From assembly GCA_964016885.1 (NCBI GenBank), contig CAXHJY010001284.1, positions 1-64,000 of the forward strand: 64,000 bases of DNA, in the 5' to 3' direction. The number at the start of each line of letters is the position of its first letter. Within the stretch, counting starts at the first letter, position 1. Source of the stretch: Eledone cirrhosa. Lineage: Eukaryota. The notes under the pieces were generated by a model that made no database searches, had not been told where the DNA came from, and saw only the letters and a list, made by a program, of their open reading frames with translations. Below, piece after piece: positions 57,679-64,000 of this stretch. Position numbers and translations under genes: made by a program.

Positions 57679-58668
57679 AAGAGGGATAGAGAATGAGAGC
57701 GAGAGAGAAAGAGGGATAGAGAATGAGAAAGAGAGAGAAGACAATGGCATCATATTTGAACAGGCTGTTCAAGAAAAAAACTAGTTGATCAGCTGTTTTC
57801 ATATGAAATACTTGCTAGGAAGGATTATGATGAAAAATATAACAATGGACCGCTGTTCCTGGGAGTAGCTTGAATTAAGCAGAAAAGCATTGGTGAGGGA
57901 AAATGTATTGTCATCTAAAATCAGGTAGAATAAAGAGAAGTTAATAGAGAATAAGGGAAATAAACCGTGTTCGTATTTTTAATATCATTGCATATGTAAA
58001 TCCACGACTAAAAAGCTTGGATATAATCTAAGAAAATACACATCAAAAGTAAAATATTGATATTGTCTGTACCAGTGAGAAAGAAATATCAGTAGAAAAT
58101 CAGCAAGTGGACGTGACATGATCGAAGGTATCTCAGTACTTGTATGAATGTATGGGCCCGTAACTTCTGTTGGGGTCGTAGGGGTGCCGTTAGGCGTGTC
58201 TTGGGCATTTCAAACTTGGCAGAACACATCTTCTTTCCAGGTCTGAAATACAGCAGATTTCTTCCATAAAATAACGGGGCGCAAGAAAGAGGAAATGAGA
58301 AAAAGGTATTGGGGAAGATTTGACCCCAGTACTGGTCTGGTACATTTTTTAACGACTTCAAAAGAATGAAACGCAAAGTTGATCTTGGTCTGATTTGAAC
58401 TAAGAGAGAGAGGAGAGCTGGATCGAATATCGTAAACCATTCTATTCGACGTTTTAAAGACTTTGACCATCCACTGCTTAACTTAGTACTTACCTTGTAT
58501 CTATTTCATTGGCTTAAAGAGAACGAATATCAAAATGGACTATATCGGGTTTTGAACTCAGAACGTGAAGGAATGTGACTAAATACAACACGTTTTATGG
58601 CTCATTCTACAGATTCTACTATCAACTGATTTATTATAATGGCAGCTATAAGTTTAAAACTAAAATTA

Positions 58669-59240
58669 ATTGTTTCTACATTTGGCACAAGGCCAGCAAT
58701 TAGCCAGTACATTACTGGTACTTTATTTTATCGACCCAGTAAGGATGAAAGGCAAAGTTTACCTCGGCGGGATTTGAACTCAGAATGGCAAGGGTCGTAA
58801 CTCTATGCATCAAAGCATGGCGTCCAACCCTCTACCGATACTGCCAATCCAATAATGGTTTCTTATATAGGCACAAGGCCTGCAATTTTGGGGGAGGAGA
58901 AAGTCAATTATATCGACCCCAGTGCGTGACTGGTACTTTATTTTATCGACGCCGTGAGGATCAAAGACAAAGCTAATCTCGGCGGGATTTGAAATCAGAA
59001 CGTAAAAGGCCGTAACTCTATGCCGCGAAACATGTTATCCGACGCTCTACCGATATTGCCAATCCACCACCCTAATAATATAATATAATTGTTTCTACTT
59101 TTGGCACAAGGCCAGCAATTACCCAGTACATTACTGGTACTTTATTTTATCGACCCCGTAAGGATGAAAGGCAAAGTTAACCTTGGCGGGATTTGAACTC
59201 AGAATGGCAAGGGCCGTAACTCTATGCGTCAAAGCATGGC
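58669..59240 (-). mobile_element. Three tandem SINE copies (58669-58850, 58855-59072, 59088-59240)
   Basis: Family match; same orientation, joined through aataat tails. Confidence 0.9.
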
Positions 59241-59604
59241 GAATAATGATTAATATTATTGAACGAAGTCAATATGGAGCTATTTTTTTAATGTGAAATG
59301 TATATTTGATGTTTCTCTCTAATATCATCAAGGTTAGGACTTTTATATGTCAAAGTACTGCTTATATTTTTTCCATTATCCACTGAGAATATAAGCCACC
59401 CTATCGTGTCATGCCACTGCAGCCATATTTTAGAGTTCCAAAGTTCCAATATCGAATTCTCACCAGGGACCCACTTTGTTCTTTTTTGTCTAAATGGCTT
59501 CCATAAGATAAGCGCCAATATTATATATTTGGGTCGATTTAATCAGCCTTGTACACATTTCAATGTATATATATATATGTATATATATATGTAAGTGTGT
59601 ACAT

Positions 59605-59641
<37 letters not shown>

Positions 59642-59643
59642 AA

Positions 59644-59685
<42 letters not shown>

Positions 59686-59692
59686 AAGTGTG

Positions 59693-59727
<35 letters not shown>

Positions 59728-59746
59728 ATGTATATATATATATATG

Positions 59747-59841
<95 letters not shown>

Positions 59842-59866
59842 ATGTATATATATATATATATATATG

Positions 59867-59909
<43 letters not shown>

Positions 59910-60359
59910 AACTATTGATATGGAGTTATGCGAAATCGCTAAAATAAGTTTGAGTCATTTTCGTTTCTAAAAAATACAAATAATTACAATGAAGATCAGC
60001 TAATCATCCATAAGAGGTAATAGAAACTCCAAATAACATAGGGATAGTCACGTGTTTGATGACGCAGTTTAAACAGCCAAGAACATCTACGAATCATGTA
60101 ATCAATAAAAACATTTTTGATTTTCATTTCGTTTAGATGAGAGTATCACGTGCCCTAGAAATTAGTTTGGCCGCAAGAAAATTTAATAGGGTTGGTTCTC
60201 GTGATCTACAAGATTAGATTTAGTCATCAGAAGATACGTGGATGGTGCAACAGTCCTGCCGCTTTGATCGATATATAATAATTTAAGCCATCAACAATAT
60301 AGGAGAGCTTTATATCGATCACTTCAACACAAAACTAATATTACCGCAGAAAAATACTG

Positions 60360-61619
60360 GCACCTCCACCTCCAGCGTCACCAATATCGTCTCCACCATC
60401 ATCATCACCAGTATCGTCAACACGATCTAAACAACCATCGTCACCACCATTTCCACCATCATCACCATCGTCACCACCATCTCCACCACCATCGTCACCA
60501 CCAACATCGGCATCACTATCGTCACCAACATCACCACAACCTTCCTCCCATCACCTCCACCAACATCGGCACCACCATCTCCACCACCACCACCACTGTC
60601 ACCACCACCACTACCACCGTCCCCACCACCACCATCTCCACCACCACCACCACCATCACCGTCCCTACCACCACCACCAACACCACCGTCCCCACCACCA
60701 ACACCACCGTCCCCACCACCACCACCAACACCAACACCACCACCGTCACAACCACCACCACCACCATCTCCACCACCGTCCCCACTGTCCCCACCACCGT
60801 CCCCACCACCACCATCACCACCACCACCGCCGCCACGACCACCACCACCATCACCGTCCCTACCACCACCACCACCAACACCACCGTCCCCACCACCACC
60901 ACCAACACCAACACCACCACCACCACTTTCACAACCACCACCACCACCACCGTCCCCACCAGCAGCAGCAGCAGCAGCACCACCACCACCACCACCACCA
61001 CCACCACCACCACCACCACCACCACCACCACCGTCACCACCACCATACTCCCCCACCGTCCACCCCCCTACCACCACCACCGTCCTAATTATCATTTCAC
61101 ACTCTCCCTGTCATCACTGTAATTACAATCGACACAGAAATGACTATACAATATTTCCAGCCTCTCCTCACACCAATGTCGTCGTCGTCGGCGGCGGCGG
61201 CGTCCTTGTCATCATCATCACCATCGTCATCAGCTACATTATCATTGCCATCCTTCTCCCCGTCCTCATCATCATTACATTCGTCGTCATTATCATCACC
61301 ATCATCATCATCATCATCATCATCATTATCATCATCATCGTCATTATTATCATCATCATCATCATCATCGTAATCATCTTCAACATCAATGCCTTCGTTA
61401 TCATTATCATCATTATTATCATTATCATCATCATCATCATCATCATAGTCATCACTATCAGCATCTTTATCAGCAGCAGTTGCTCTGAGAACGCAGGCGT
61501 TGTTAAACCATTATTACCAACACAGCACAACAAAACATCTTACGCCAACATCGCATTCACTACTACTACTACTACTTCTGCCACTACTACTACTACTACT
61601 AATGTCACTACTACTACTG

Positions 61620-61690
<71 letters not shown>

Positions 61691-61794
61691 GTTACTACTA
61701 CTACTACTACTGTTACTACTACTACTACTACTGCTACTACTACTACTACTGCCACTACTACTACTAGTACTAGCACTACTACTATAACTACTGT

Positions 61795-61837
<43 letters not shown>

Positions 61838-61958
61838 GCCACTAATACTACTACTTCCACTACTACTACTAGTACTAGTACTACTGCCACTACTACTAGT
61901 ACTAGTACTACTGCCACTACTACTACTACTACTACTACCACTACTACTACTACTGCTG

Positions 61959-62003
<45 letters not shown>

Positions 62004-62100
62004 TGTCCAATTAGCAGCAATCAGTAAACAACACCACCATCACCACCACCGACAACACCAACAATATCAACATCAACACCACCACCACCACCACCACCAC
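60360..62100. repeat. Trinucleotide block: (CCA)n 60360-61085, (CAT)n 61210-61460, (CTA)n 61558-62002
   Basis: Direct. Confidence 0.95.
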
Positions 62101-62791
62101 CAAATTGAAAATTGCGGTAGGCAAAACCCAACCTAACAATACCAAAGTAACGAAAGAACTATCAGGTTAAAATGCAGACCTGAGCAAATCAAACGATATA
62201 CGTCTGAGGTGTTTCCATGAATCCGAAATCATTTATCCAACTTACGTAACACGCAAGCTCGTGGTATTCCATGATTCATTTCATCAACAGGGATTCCGTT
62301 CTGCCCCGAACTGGTGTGAACAAACTTAATGCGGCCGCTACTGAGGGCAGCCTTCGAACACTTCGTTGTCACGTGTTATTTCCAACAAGGGAAGCATGTG
62401 CCAAAACCCCAGAACAAGACATTCATCAGCATGGCATACAATTCCATCAGTTACATTAGTGTACTGAAGTCCTACATGTTTAAAAGTATACACACCTAAG
62501 CTACTAAGCTGAAAATCTATTTTACTTTTATGATAACTATGCAGCCCCTATTTACGACGTTCTGTGTTCAAATTCCATACAACATCTCCCATGAAAATTT
62601 ATGGCAAAGTTATTGGGGAAGGCTCAGTAGTTATCTAGGTACCGCTGACCTCTGAAAAACTTAATAATAGGTACAGGGTAAGTACTGCAGTAAGAAATGG
62701 GTTTTCAATCATCGACTAATCACATTCTCCCTCTCTCTCTATATATATATAAGTGGGCGTGTGTATACGTGTGTGTGTATTTTTATGTATG

Positions 62792-62856
<65 letters not shown>

Positions 62857-62859
<3 letters not shown>

Positions 62860-63043
62860 TTTATCTCGGGTTCAATGGGGGGTAACCACAGTAAGTAATG
62901 TACTCAATACAAAGCAGAGTATAAATATTTAATGTAGAAAGGCTTCTACAGGACTAGAACTGTTTCATTTGGGAGAAATCATCAGGGCTTCCTGATGATT
63001 TCTCCCAAATGAAACAGTTCTAGCCCTGTAGAAGCCTCTCTAC

Positions 63044-63047
<4 letters not shown>
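62857..63047. mobile_element. PLE-type family I: HHR fold-back plus ~75-bp tail, in (TA)n
   Basis: ~62930-62986 versus 62991-63047, inverted. Confidence 0.82.
62986..63036 (+). ncRNA. Type I HHR, family I
   Basis: ggcttc CTGATGA ttt-ctccc-aaat GAA ACAG-ttctagcc-CTGT A gaagcc; predicted cut after 63030; weak stem II. Confidence 0.78.
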
Positions 63048-63104
<57 letters not shown>

Positions 63105-63523
63105 AACTGGAGGCTCGCATACTTAATTTAGTGATCCAAGACAGTTAAATTGGTTATAGTCATTATCTATGCCAAAATGTTGATTACTAACTTTTCTTGG
63201 CTAACGAAATCTCGTATGGTAACACTCATTCTACTATTAAGTTTTCATTCCTCAGGCCTATCTGGCTAGCTATAAATCTAATGAAGAAACGAACATCGTC
63301 ACTGAAAATTTCTTTTTAAAGCGCACAAGGGAGAAAACTCTCTTAAATTCAATCAACCAAAAATTGGTATTCGTTAATAGTTGAAATATTAACGGCATGT
63401 CGTTATAAACTAATATAAATAACGACTTACTGTAAAGATTAAAACTATTGAAGAACACCATCCACCAACTATATTTTTCAACTATATCTTACTGGACGAA
63501 GGAATTTCCTTCATTTTCCATTA

Positions 63524-64000
63524 TACGAGGTGGGTCAGAAAAGTTCCGGGACTGATGTCACAAAAGATTTATTTCAAACCTAAACTTCACACTAAGAGGT
63601 TTCTCCTTCAAAGTAATCCCCCTGGAGTCTAATGCACTTTCCCATCCTTTTCTGCCACGCTTGCATGCACTCCTGGAAGGATTCTTCCGGGATCCTCCGC
63701 AGTTCATCGTCACGACCTTTTTGATGCTGTCCACGTCTTCAAAACGGCTCCCCTCCTGGTCGTACTCGAAGATCCATCACTCATCACCGGTGATGACTGT
63801 CCCTAGCAAGTCTGGTTCGGTTTCAAGACGCTCGAGGATGTCCTGGCACACTTGCAATCGTCGACCCTTCAGGTCATCGTTCAGCAGTTTTGGCACCATC
63901 TTCGAGCAGACTTTCCGCATATCCAAATCTTCAGTGAGAATCTTCCAGATGCTGTCCCGATTCATGTCCAGCTCATTTGCCATCAGTCGAACAATCAGCC
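63524..64000 (-). mobile_element. mariner transposon, internally deleted, runs off the window
   Basis: TA|TACGAGGTGGGTCAGAAAAGTTCC TIR. Transposase RKVCSKMVPKLL...VITGDE*WIFEYD jumps to C-terminal RFEDV...WEKCI..QGDYFE. Confidence 0.9.

Noticed and set aside
58100-58260. Possible minus-strand host exon after tgtatttcag (LERRCVLPSLKCPRHA* or PGKKMCSAKF..)
   Set aside because: Only an acceptor-like motif; no homology or partner exon. RNA-seq would be needed.

Overview
AT-rich, microsatellite-dense animal DNA with no supportable host gene. The repeat content suggests an octopod cephalopod, but that is inference. Nearly all ORFs in the track are microsatellite or minisatellite artefacts. The only real coding remnants are transposon-derived: R4/Dong-type RLE LINEs at (TAA)n tracts, one Penelope-like (PLE) GIY-YIG endonuclease end and an internally deleted mariner. 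Main result from reading the sequence: many short islands between (TA)n tracts carry type I hammerhead ribozyme (HHR) folds, which I assigned by eye to about ten repeat families. They occur as non-coding head-to-tail monomers (480 bp x ~2.5 at 2.7-3.9 kb; 469 bp x 1.5 at 42.9-43.6 kb), which are retrozyme-like candidate circRNA sources, or as fold-back insertions whose junctions often fall in or beside the ribozyme. One family has a fixed non-canonical core (CAGANGA) in 7 of 7 copies. A 4.8-kb, 31-bp minisatellite arose inside a tRNA-derived SINE. Family letters A-K are my own labels, and all folds are manual predictions, untested.
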